Shown piece by piece: positions 54,764 through 64,000 of a stretch of DNA of 64,000 nucleotides (the first letter of the stretch is position 1; every line of letters begins with the position of its first letter). The position numbers and the translations under genes were made by a program. The notes beneath the pieces were generated by a model. It made no database searches. It saw only the letters and a list, made by a program, of their open reading frames with translations, and was not told the DNA's origin. Source of the DNA: Halichondria panicea (taxonomy: Eukaryota); contig NC_087392.1 of the NCBI RefSeq assembly GCF_963675165.1, positions 78,022 through 142,021 of the forward strand, given 5' to 3'.

Positions 54764-55172
54764 GGCAGCTCTATAGGGGTGGAGAGTATGTATGATGATA
54801 TGCCACACACACTGAGTGTACACTCAACACACCTGGTTAGGGATCAGACTCTTCAAGGAACACTCTTGAAGAAGTTGTAAACATTCAGCATTTAGTGGAA
54901 CAACAGTTGAAGCTTTGGAGCTTGGTAAATTATTAAAAGAAGATGACTTTCTTGGAAGAGGATCAAGGGTAAATCCCTTAGTGTGTTTCTAAATGTACGA
55001 ATCAGATCTGGTACGAATGAAATTTTGATGTGGGAATTAAAGGGAAACCCCCATTAGTGCTCTAAATAAACGAAAAATGTTGGCGTTATTTGGAATAATA
55101 AAGTACACAAAAAATTTAAATTTAATAAAGAGTTGGCACCTTGCAGCTCTAGCTAGCTCCATTCCTTCAACG

Positions 55173-56678
55173 ATGTCCCTACACACTCTGCCTATTCTAT
55201 TCTTCAACCTGGGAGGGGAGATGCTCTACATACTGGACCAGAGGCTCAGAGCACAAAATATTCCTCCAAAGAAATCTGTTAAAGGTAATCAAAATTTATA
55301 TTTAAGTATACGTACCTGTACCTAACCCCACTCCCTCCCCGCATAGTCATGAGGGATATTGTGGGTCAGATGTTTGATGCTCGATGTGTGAAGGAGCTGT
55401 TTCGTCCACAGCAGGCGTTCAGTAAGAAGTCTCTGAGGACAGTGTTTGATAGGTTAGCCCACGCCTCCATCATGAAGCTCAACACCACTGCTATGGACAA
55501 GGTGACTAGAGACTCTTATCATGTGTCATCATCATCTGATCCTATATACAGCTATACGACCTCATGATAATGGCGGTGAAGTATCAGGTAGGACAATACA
55601 TATGCACACCTGTATGCTAATAGAACGCTTACTGCAGATACTTCTGTGCAGACGAGCTGAAGATGTGATCCTGGTCACCCTCAACCACTTGGATACTATT
55701 CGTGCTCTCGTTGGTGACTCTGATAATCACTCCATCATGCTCAACTCTGCCTGCAAGACTATCGGGAATGTGAGTACCAATGCTCTCCTATATAGTGGTG
55801 TTCATACATTGCCACAGCATTACGGGCACTTCAGCTCAGCTGACCTCATTCTTCTGCGCAATTCACTACTGACAGTTTTCCAGGACAGTCACAAGAGAGT
55901 GAGTGATACTAGTGAGCATACAGTGACCACCTGTGTTGCATCTGCAGGTGTCTGTGTTTTTGAAGAGTAATGCCCAGCAAATCAATGGCCGTTTCTTCAT
56001 CTCTATGGGAGGCCCTGTGCCGTCTGGGTTTGAGGTCCCTGGTACAATCAGGTCAGCTTTAAAAGGCCTTAAACACAAAATAATGTTATCAATGATATGA
56101 CATGTCTGCAGGTACTATGGAGAGGATGGTGCAAAGGTGAGTGAGGAGGACTTTGCCTCGCTGGCGTTATACGAAGCAGCGGAGGAAGCTGGATCATGGG
56201 AGATTGTAGGGAACAGGGTCATCACTCTTGGAACTAACATGTGAGAGCACTAGTAACTTACTAGCTCATGATAGTAGACTCGTTGTGTGTATGCAGGTAT
56301 GCAGCTGACAGTGTGTCTGAGTCAGACAAGGAGTCTAGGGATGAGCCACATGATGAGGACACAGCTCCACAGGTGACCCTAACATTGCCTGCATGGTACA
56401 CCATAACCCTGTGTGTTGTGTACAGGCTCCCAAGTCTGATGGTGATCCAGTGATGAGGGCTGAGCTACAGCTGTTGGAGAAACTGATTATGGGCATCAGG
56501 GAACCTCCCTCCTCTGGTGAGTGGTGGTCCCTAGCTCTATATATAGTAGCCATGGTGTCAGCACAGTGCACGTGTATGGAATATAATAATGTATTGCTGT
56601 ATTTCAGAGGACAGTTTCAGGCTCCAGTTGTTCCCTGATGACAATGAACAAGACAGGCCATCCAAGAAAAACAAGTAA
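55173..56678 (+). CDS. OSCP1: Organic solute carrier partner 1, about 9 exons
   Basis: Exons: 55173-55284 (MSLHTLPILFFNLGGEMLYILDQRLRAQNIPPKKSVK, compare human MSVRTLPLLFLNLGGEMLYVLDQRLRAQNIP); 55347-55500 (..ELFRPQQAFSKKSLRTVFDRLAHASIMKLNTTAMDK, compare ELFKPQELYSKKALRTVYERLAHASIMKLNQASMDK); 55548-55587 (LYDLMIMAVKYQ); 55637-55770; about 55818-55900; 55949-56052 (..NGRFFISMGGPVPSGFEVPGTIR, compare NGRFVLPVSGPVPWGTEVPGLIR); 56111-56244 (..RVITLGTNM); 56296-56370; 56426-56517; 56606-56678 (..FRLQLFPDDNEQD..*). Confidence 0.85.
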
Positions 56679-56689
56679 ATTTATCTCTC

Positions 56690-57710
56690 GAATATCAATT
56701 TTGATCGTTCCATTTGAAAGATCCCTTTCTAAGCTTTCAGAAAACCATAAAAATTTTGACTTTCAATCCACAGAATTCAAGTTATGGCAGCTGAAAGATT
56801 CCCAAAATCATTGATTAAACGGTGGGGAGGGGGTGTCTTTCAACAGCCATAACTTGAGTACAGTTGATCCAATGTCAAAAATGTTAGGATTTCTGAAAGC
56901 TTAGAAAAATTCCTTTCAAATGATGTGTTTCAATCCAAAATTTCGTCGCGGCCCTAATTTGTCATTTTTCGGCTTTGGACCATGGGCTATAATCCATGGT
57001 CGGCTAAATTAGAAAATACTTTTATCTCTCGAATATCAATTTTGATCGTTCCATTTGAAAGATCTCTTTCTAAGCTTTCAGAAAACCATAAAAATTTTGA
57101 CTTTCAATCCACAGAATTCAAGTTATGGCAGCTGAAAGATTCCCAAAATCATTGATTAAACAGAAGGGGAGGGGGTGTCTTTCAACAGCCATAACTTGAG
57201 TACAGTTGATCCAATGTCAAAAATGTTAGGATTTTCTGAAAGCTTAGAAAAATTCCTTTCAAATGATGTGTTTCAATCCAAAATTTCGTCGCGGCCCTAA
57301 TTTGTTATTTTTCGGCTTTGGACCATGGGCTATATATAATCCATGGTCGGCTAAATTAGAAAATACTTTTATCTCTCGAATATCAATTTTGATCGTTCCA
57401 TTTGAAAGATCTCTTTCTAAGCTTTCAGAAAACCATAAAAATTTTGACTTTCAATCCACAGAATTCAAGTTATGGCAGCTGAAAGATTCCCAAAATCATT
57501 GATTAAACGGAGGGGGAGGGGGTGTCTTTCAACAGCCATAACTTGAGTACAGTTGATCCAATGTCAAAAATGTTAGGATTTTCTGAAAGCTTAGAAAAAT
57601 TCCTTTCAAATGATGTGTTTCAATCCAAAATTTCGTCGCGGCCCTAATTTGTCATTTTTCGGCTTTGGACCATGGGCTATAATCCATGGTACGGCTAAAT
57701 TAGAAAATAC
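56690..57710 (+). repeat. Three tandem copies of an about 345-bp unit belonging to the dispersed repeat family, immediately downstream of OSCP1
   Basis: The units start at about 56690, 57036 and 57355 and are nearly identical (ttttatctctcgaatatcaattttgatcgttccatttgaaagatc...). The small ORFs here are repeat artefacts. Confidence 0.9.
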
Positions 57711-58340
57711 TTTTATAGTTCCCTCAGCAATTATGTATTACTCTAAATTCCTATGTACAGATCTTCCGTTACTGTGGTTCAGATTAGTCCTTCAAAGGTA
57801 CGTCGTGTGTTTATATCTCTTACATGTCATGATAGTTTAGTATGTGCTTGCAGAAAGGAAAGGACGAGCTTCATAAAATCATGCAAGATCTAACAGTCCA
57901 GGATACTGCACAAGGTAGAGAGTACAACGTGTACAGTATACACAAATTACTTGCATCATTTTTTCTCCAGGACCATACGATGATGATGATCTATTGGATT
58001 TAATGGACAGTGTTTCTTAGGATGTAGAAACTCTGTATATAGGCAACCCGGTCACTATTTTCTGTAATTGGTAAAGATACATGTATATTGTTGATAGCTG
58101 GTAAGGATCATCACTTACAGTAATTGTATATTGTGTCTGGTAAAGGGTCATTAAGTATAATTAGTCATTATCAGTTGGTAAGATTATCGCATTTTGATCT
58201 GATGCTCTTACCACAAAGTGGTGATGTCATACCGTGTACACCCCAGTACAGTATAGTAATAAACCATCAAATACACGCTGACATTTCAAACACTTGTGAG
58301 GAGAAGGAACGCGTTATCGGCTGTGTTTGGCACTCTGAAA

Positions 58341-58910
58341 ATGGCTTGTGTGACTTTGAAACGACCCATAGATGTGCTCGGAAGTCCCCATGCCGTGGAA
58401 CACGAGCCCGTGTCTAAGAGAAAACGTTGTGGGCCTAGTTTCTTCCCGACAACTCCACCTGGATCCAGCCATCGCGGCGATGGTTACAGAGGGTTCTCAC
58501 ACTATGGGAGCCCCATGTCCAGTAGGGTAGTCAAGAGAGTCAAGAGGAAACTTGAGGTGGATGAAGAAAGTGGACCGTCGACAACCGGCACAGTCTCGCC
58601 CTTCATTCATGCCACCCCACCCTTGCCCACTGGTACGTTCATATTCATGGCAATGCTACCACGTACCTTACAGTGGTGATATTTCTAACATTTATACAAG
58701 TGTGTAGAGTTACCTACGTACCTAGTCAGTGGTGATTGGGTGTGTGTGTCCTGTGTGTACGGTACTTATAAGGTGTTCATTACAGGAAAACTAGTGGCAC
58801 AGTTGGAACAAGAGCTGAAGAGATTGCAACGTCGTAAGACCATGGACTCTTCGACAGTCGGTGTGGCCTCAACTGGATCCAGAGAACAGCCCCTCTTTAC
58901 ACTCAGACAG

Positions 58911-58941
<31 letters not shown>

Positions 58942-59424
58942 GCTATCATGATGTGCATCATAATTATGTGTTTATTGTACCGTGACTAGATTTTGTGGAG
59001 ATGATGTGCGTATAAATGCCTGTACACTACAGGTAACCACTGTGTGTCAGAGGATGCTCAAGGAGAGAGAGGAGCAGGTCAGAGTCGAGTATGACAGAGT
59101 ACTAGTCACCAAACTCTCTGGTGAGCACTCCTATTGATGTGTGTGTGTGTATTTCACATATCTTGTTTCTCAGAGCAATACGATGCTTTTGTCAAGTTCA
59201 GTCATGACCAGGTTGAGAGACGGCTTGCTGAATCAACTTGTAGCTGTAAGTTACACTGAATCCCAACCTACTGTACATTGTAATAATTATTCTGTTTCTT
59301 TGAACCCTGACCTGTGTGTTTGTGTGTGCGTACCAGTTAATGTTTTGCAAGTGTGTATCCCCCCTCCCACTATTTCATATTTCATAGTTATGTTCTTCTT
59401 TTTCTATGTGCAGATGTTTCATGA
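58341..59424 (+). CDS. AKIRIN2: Akirin, 5 exons including an 11-nt terminal coding exon
   Basis: Exons: 58341-58632 (MACVTLKRPIDVLGSPHAVEHEPVSKRKRCGP.., compare human MACGATLKR..SPKRRRC); 58784-58910 (..GSREQPLFTLRQ, compare KKEQPLFTLRQV); 59033-59130 (VTTVCQRMLKEREEQVRVEYDRVLVTKLS, compare [28 protein letters not shown]); about 59165-59245 (EQYDAFVKFSHDQVERRL, compare EQYDAFVKFTHDQIMRR); 59414-59424 (YVS*, identical to the Akirin C-terminus YVS). Confidence 0.8.
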
Positions 59425-60167
59425 TCCAATCGACAGAGCCTTTATTTGCACACTGTGTATGCTCCTGCCTACCCAGTCGTGGCTGCACATCTCATAATCT
59501 ATATTCACACAAACTCTTGGGAACTTGTTACAATATAACATGTACTCTTGAATCTTATTGTATTGTTCTATTGTGTCCATTTTATGTATTATGTTATTAT
59601 GTGAAGTATTAACAAAGACTTTTTCTGCGCTGCTGGCATTGTGTACAAGTATTGTGGTTACTATACATGCACTCACTATAAGGGAGTTCCCCTACTGTCA
59701 TTTCCTACTTGAACCCAACGCCACAAACACTAGAAATACAAGTAAATTTTGTTCGTTTACAACTTACAAGCTAAAAGCGCTCATGCATGTAATTGTTGGA
59801 GCTCAGCTTGCCGGCTAACCTGTACCTAGTACCTGTTCCTGTACCACCTCAGATTATTGTCAGCCAAGTAAGTAACAATAAGAATAGATCAATGTAGCAG
59901 CTGTGGGTTGATATTATTGAATAATCTATGGATAGATCATCTAGCCTGTCCATAGGGTGTGTGTGGGTGTGCAGTGCATGCAACAGAGGATTGTAGATGT
60001 AGCTAGAGATGTACTGGTCAGCTCAGTTGATGGTGGTAGTATTATTGTCCATTGTTATAAGTTGGCTAATGCAACTACGTTACTCAAAACATTATTTGTG
60101 TGCATTAACGATGTGCAGGTATCCCTGATTGATGCTATCTTTGCTGTGAGCTGATCGTGTGTCTGCT

Positions 60168-63100
60168 ATGTCCTCCAAAGAGTTTATTGCTTGTGTGGTG
60201 GGGCTCAGTTTTGAGCCAGGAGAGCCATTCAATTGGAAACCAGGCGTTGGAAAGTCTTGTCTGTGTCATCGCTTCACTCATCCTGGCCTGGACGATTACA
60301 TCGACAGCCATCCATCAGTACTAGCATTGCACGAGTTTGAGAGCCATGTCATCAACAGTGATCATTTCTTGTATTGGGGGTCGCCCGAAGTAAATTTCCG
60401 TACAACAGATTCTCATAAGTCTGTTACTCTGAAGGTACACATTGTGGAGCAAACTGTGTTCTATCAAGACGTTACTTGTCAGCCATTCAATGCATCCACT
60501 AGGCCAGACCGACCCGAGTTCTACAATAGACGCATCTCTGGTCCAATAGAATCTCCAGGGAAACTATCCTATCAATCGAGGGATGATATTGTATCGCCTG
60601 CAGACTACAACGCTGCCGTGTACCCCTCAGGCATTTCTAAACTGACTTGTGGATTTGTTGTGGTTGTGGATGTGTCTCAGAAAGGTATTGCATTTGAGCA
60701 GCAGTTGAACAGAGCTGAGAAGGTTCTTGACCATCTTACAAAGCACAAACGAAAGCTGGTCATAGCTGCAACGAAGCGTGATAAAGCGTTCGTTCCTTCT
60801 CTTGATAAAGTCTACGATATGAAGAAGAAGTACAAAACCACTGTAGTAGAAGTGTCTGCTGAACATAACCACAACGTCAAAGAGTGCTTCAGAGTTCTTG
60901 CCTACAAGGTGCTCAAGAGCTCTAAACTCTCCTCTCAAGTTCAAACGTATCCAGAGGCTGCTCACATTAGTTTGTTCTCAAAGGGTTCAGCCAAAAGATC
61001 GTTTATCTCGTTTATCAAGAAGCGAATCAACGACCCTGACGAGCGTATTGGTGCCATCGAGAGGAACGAAGAGTACAAGGACTGTGTGCTGGTGATTGGC
61101 AAGTACGAGACAGACAAACTGTTCGCAAAGCATGTGCTGGAGGTATTTAACGGGAAGGTGGATCTGTATGCAGGAGCCAAGGACAACCCTGAGATGAGGG
61201 AGGAGTTTCTGGAGGACTTTGTTGCACAGAGGGAAGACCTGGCTCTCTACACTACAGAGCTGAAAGAGTGAGTGTTTGTGTGTGTTGAACAGTTCGTGAA
61301 TAGCTTTTGATTATAAATTATATACAGTCAATTGCCCTTGACAGGTGCATATTGTGCGATTGGCTTCTATTTTAGGTATGCATATGTTAGACAGCCTTAA
61401 ACGAAATTCCCAACATTCATAGTACAGTGGCTCTGCCAGTTCCTACAGCCTCTTCCATTTGATTCCTGTAGTCCTATCCATGGCCAGGAGTGCATGTCCT
61501 ACCCATGGCCGGGAGTGCATGTCCTACCCATGGCCAGGAGTGCATGTCCTACCCATGGCCAGGAGTGCATGTCCTACCCATGGCCAGGAGTGCATGTCCT
61601 ACCGTATAGTGTGCTTGAGAGTATATGCATTAATGTGTGTGTGTGTAAGTTAAAGCTTGTTTATCATGTGTTGACAGTACAGTGCATTGTGTAATTAAGC
61701 TTTGCATCATCTGATTCTCACCGTGTTTGTTGTGCTTTCTCTGGAGATTTATCCATAACTCCTGGTAAAATAAAATAGTTATTGTCAATATTAATATTGG
61801 GACTTTTCTGCTGCCTGGCAGACTGACTAGGACCGTTCATTGTCTTGGTAGGACACTAGGCACATCCTGTGTTAGTGCACACACCTGAGAGTCCCCCCCC
61901 CACTAGCTGCTAGCTTCATGTACACGTATCTGGTGTTGGTTTTACTAATGGCTTAGATATTAAAGAAAAATGCCGGTGTATGTTTTGTGATGCACACTGG
62001 CTGTTACTGTTGCTACATGTAGTTAGGCAGCTACAAGGAGCTATTAGTGGCTAGGCATATGTAACCACGGTGATACAGATATAATTTTGGAACCATTGTT
62101 GTAAGAGTCCCCGCATTTGACCTTTAGATTGTGTTTCAGTTGTTTTCATTGTTGAAGATTATATGAACAAAGATGTTTGTTTAGCCTGGCAGGGCACCTG
62201 CCTCCCCGTGCTGTATTAGGCTTATCTGTTATATATATCGGACAATGCTGTTAGAGTGTGTTTCTCTGAAGAGGCATGTGTTATTGATAACATACTGTGT
62301 TGTTGCTTTCAGTAAGAGCCGAGATAGTAGCTAGTTGCACACAGTGCACAGAGTGACAATGTTGTGAGTTCTAGTGATGACCTTTCTGTTGTGCTCGGCT
62401 GTGTGTCTGTGTGTCTGTGTGTCTGTGTGTGCTAATAAAGCAATTGTGGTAGTAGCCATGGTAAGTGCAGCCAACCACATATCCTAAGAAGGAATAAACT
62501 TTCTGTGCCACTTTCCTATAGCTAAGAGGCTTTTAGCCCAATTGTGTGGGAGTCAACCAATCAACTTGGCTTCTAACGTGCACCCTAAGTTGCACTTTGT
62601 GAGAAGCCAGTCTGTCAAAACATGTGCTCATTTCTAGAACTCTAATTTATTCAAAGCAAAGTGTCTTGACCTGTTTAATTCTGCCACCCACCGAGTAAAG
62701 AGCTTCTTTGATATGGGTGTGTATTAATGGGCCGGTCTGGTAGCAGTTGGCTTCTGTGTACAGTCAGTATCTCTCTGATACCACTGTTACACAACACGTG
62801 TATAAGCTCTTGAATGACTGTTTCTGGGAAGTCAATTATTGTTTACCATCAGCTGGGCCATGGGCTAATGAGTGTGATATCATCATCACCACCTCATATT
62901 AGTGGTTAGTGTGCTGATATTAGTGGTTAGGGTGGTTAGAGTCCATCTGCCCATAGATAGGATCTGCCCATAGATAAGATCTGCCCATCCATCATCCTCA
63001 CTTCCTTAATTACAGATGGATAGACGCACACATAAAGGAACTAGACTCGGATGACGAAGAAGAAAACAACACTTACGATGATCTCCCCAGTCCTCATACC

Positions 63101-64000
63101 CCTCCCCACATTGACGACTACCAGTTGTTCCAACGAACCTCCCCCCATCCTAACCCTCCCTCCCCCTTGCCCCCCAGGCATGCCCTCATGGCCACACCAC
63201 TGGACACAGAGGACAACAATTCTTACTACTCTGCTAGGTGAGCCTCACTGTATTTACTTCCATAAGCTTCTTGTAATTATTGTTGCTAATTAATTATTAT
63301 AATTATTATAATATTCTCTTTCTTGCAGTGAGGGCAGTGAAGGACCGGACTATGTGAACTATGACCCCAATGATCCATCAGTGTGTCTCGATACTCAAGA
63401 TGTCTCTCCAATACAAAACACACCGTTGCATAATACAAGTAAAGTGATCGCTGACCCTCCGCCCATTTCACCTCGGCAGAGCATCAAGAATCAAGCAAAT
63501 GTCCTGGCCAGTTTGCTGGGCCACAAGTCACAAGACCTACCTCCACTAACTGGGTCACATAATTCCGAGCAAGCGCCCACCACTCCTACACTGTCCACTT
63601 CTCTTCAGCTGACCAAAACAGTACCCCCTCGTGATATAAACCCCCCACCACAAGTCACAGCACCCCCTCATAAAGTGAAGAGCCCCCCACCACCAGCACC
63701 CCCTCGTGAAGTGAACCCCCCACCACAAGTCACAGCACCCCCTCGTGAAGTGAAGAGCCCCCCATCACCAGCACCCCCTCGTGACATGAAGAGCCCCCCA
63801 CTAGTCAGCATCAAGCCCACTGTCAAGCCCACCACTGGACCTAACTTAACTGTCACCAGTATAAAGAGCAGAGCTCAAAACCTCAGTACACAACTCGGTC
63901 ATACACAGGTGGAATCATCAACCCCTCCCCCACCAGCACCCAAGCCGAAACCACCACGCTCTCCTGCTATGCAACGACAACTAGATAATGCAGGTTTTGA
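60168..64000 (+). CDS. p190 RhoGAP (ARHGAP35/ARHGAP5)-like gene: N-terminal GTPase-like domain exon (60168-61267), then exons 63017-63237 and 63331 onward, running off the window end
   Basis: Exon 1 encodes IACVVGLSFEPGEPFNWKPGVGKSCLCHRFTHPGLDDYIDSHPSVLALHEFESHVINSDHFLYWGSPEVNF..VTLKVHIVEQTVFYQDVTCQPF. This matches the human p190A N-terminus ([84 protein letters not shown]). A phase-compatible GTGAGT donor at 61268 joins to the acceptor at 63016 (..ELK-E-WIDAHIKELDSDDEEENNTYDDLPSPHTP, resembling the EEENIYSVPHD phosphotyrosine motif region of p190). The next exon is Pro-rich with PPREVKSPP repeats. Linking the downstream exons to the same gene is an inference. Confidence 0.6.
61470..61610. 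repeat. 33-bp tandem repeat x5 (ccatggccaggagtgcatgtcctac)
   Basis: Direct sequence, in the p190-like intron/3-prime region. Confidence 0.9.

Noticed and set aside
57263-57840. Small ORFs MMCFNPKFRRGPNL(L/S)FFGFGPWAI.. that occur twice.
   Set aside because: They are identical because they lie in tandem copies of the 345-bp repeat. No coding signal is present beyond the repeat.
63017-64000. Considered treating the Pro-rich ORF at the window end as an independent gene.
   Set aside because: Splice phase at 61267/63017 is compatible with the p190-like GTPase exon. The EEEN.Y acidic Tyr motif is also compatible with p190-like proteins. It is therefore kept as part of that gene with reduced confidence, and the alternative is noted in the findings.

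Overview
This window is a gene-dense eukaryotic nuclear locus, almost certainly metazoan (invertebrate-like), not a prokaryotic or viral one. Evidence: nearly every gene is split by GT-AG introns of about 50-1500 bp, there are abundant (GT)n/(CA)n microsatellites and 20-60-bp minisatellites, and the genes are metazoan families (TRIM/SPRY, Akirin, PARP4, p190RhoGAP). I can support about 20 protein-coding genes in 64 kb. On the + strand: a GH7 cellulase 3-prime fragment, COMMD-like, DEPDC7-like, NARS2, TTC29, a C-I-class TRIM (RING/B-box/CC/FN3/SPRY), PARP4 (about 17 kb), PFK, OSCP1, Akirin and a p190RhoGAP-like gene. On the - strand: RPL4, DCTN3, ARL6, SUGT1, a UDP-glycosyltransferase, a PH-domain protein, an intronless FAD-oxidoreductase-like ORF, and two tandem TRIM-like genes. 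The rest is introns and short intergenic spacers carrying many tandem repeats, one dispersed 300-350-bp repeat family present at four loci, and two TA-flanked MITEs. I found no CRISPR array and no rRNA or tRNA gene. The most unusual element is the tandem pair of RING-B-box-coiled-coil-FN3 (TRIM-type) genes at 47.0-54.8 kb. Their C-termini encode the TNF-like plus glycine-rich (polyglycine-II) ligand-binding module otherwise known from the extracellular region of the ALK/LTK receptor tyrosine kinases. Second-tier items are the GH7 cellulase fragment in an animal-type locus and an intronless FAD-oxidoreductase-like gene that has its own promoter-like motifs.
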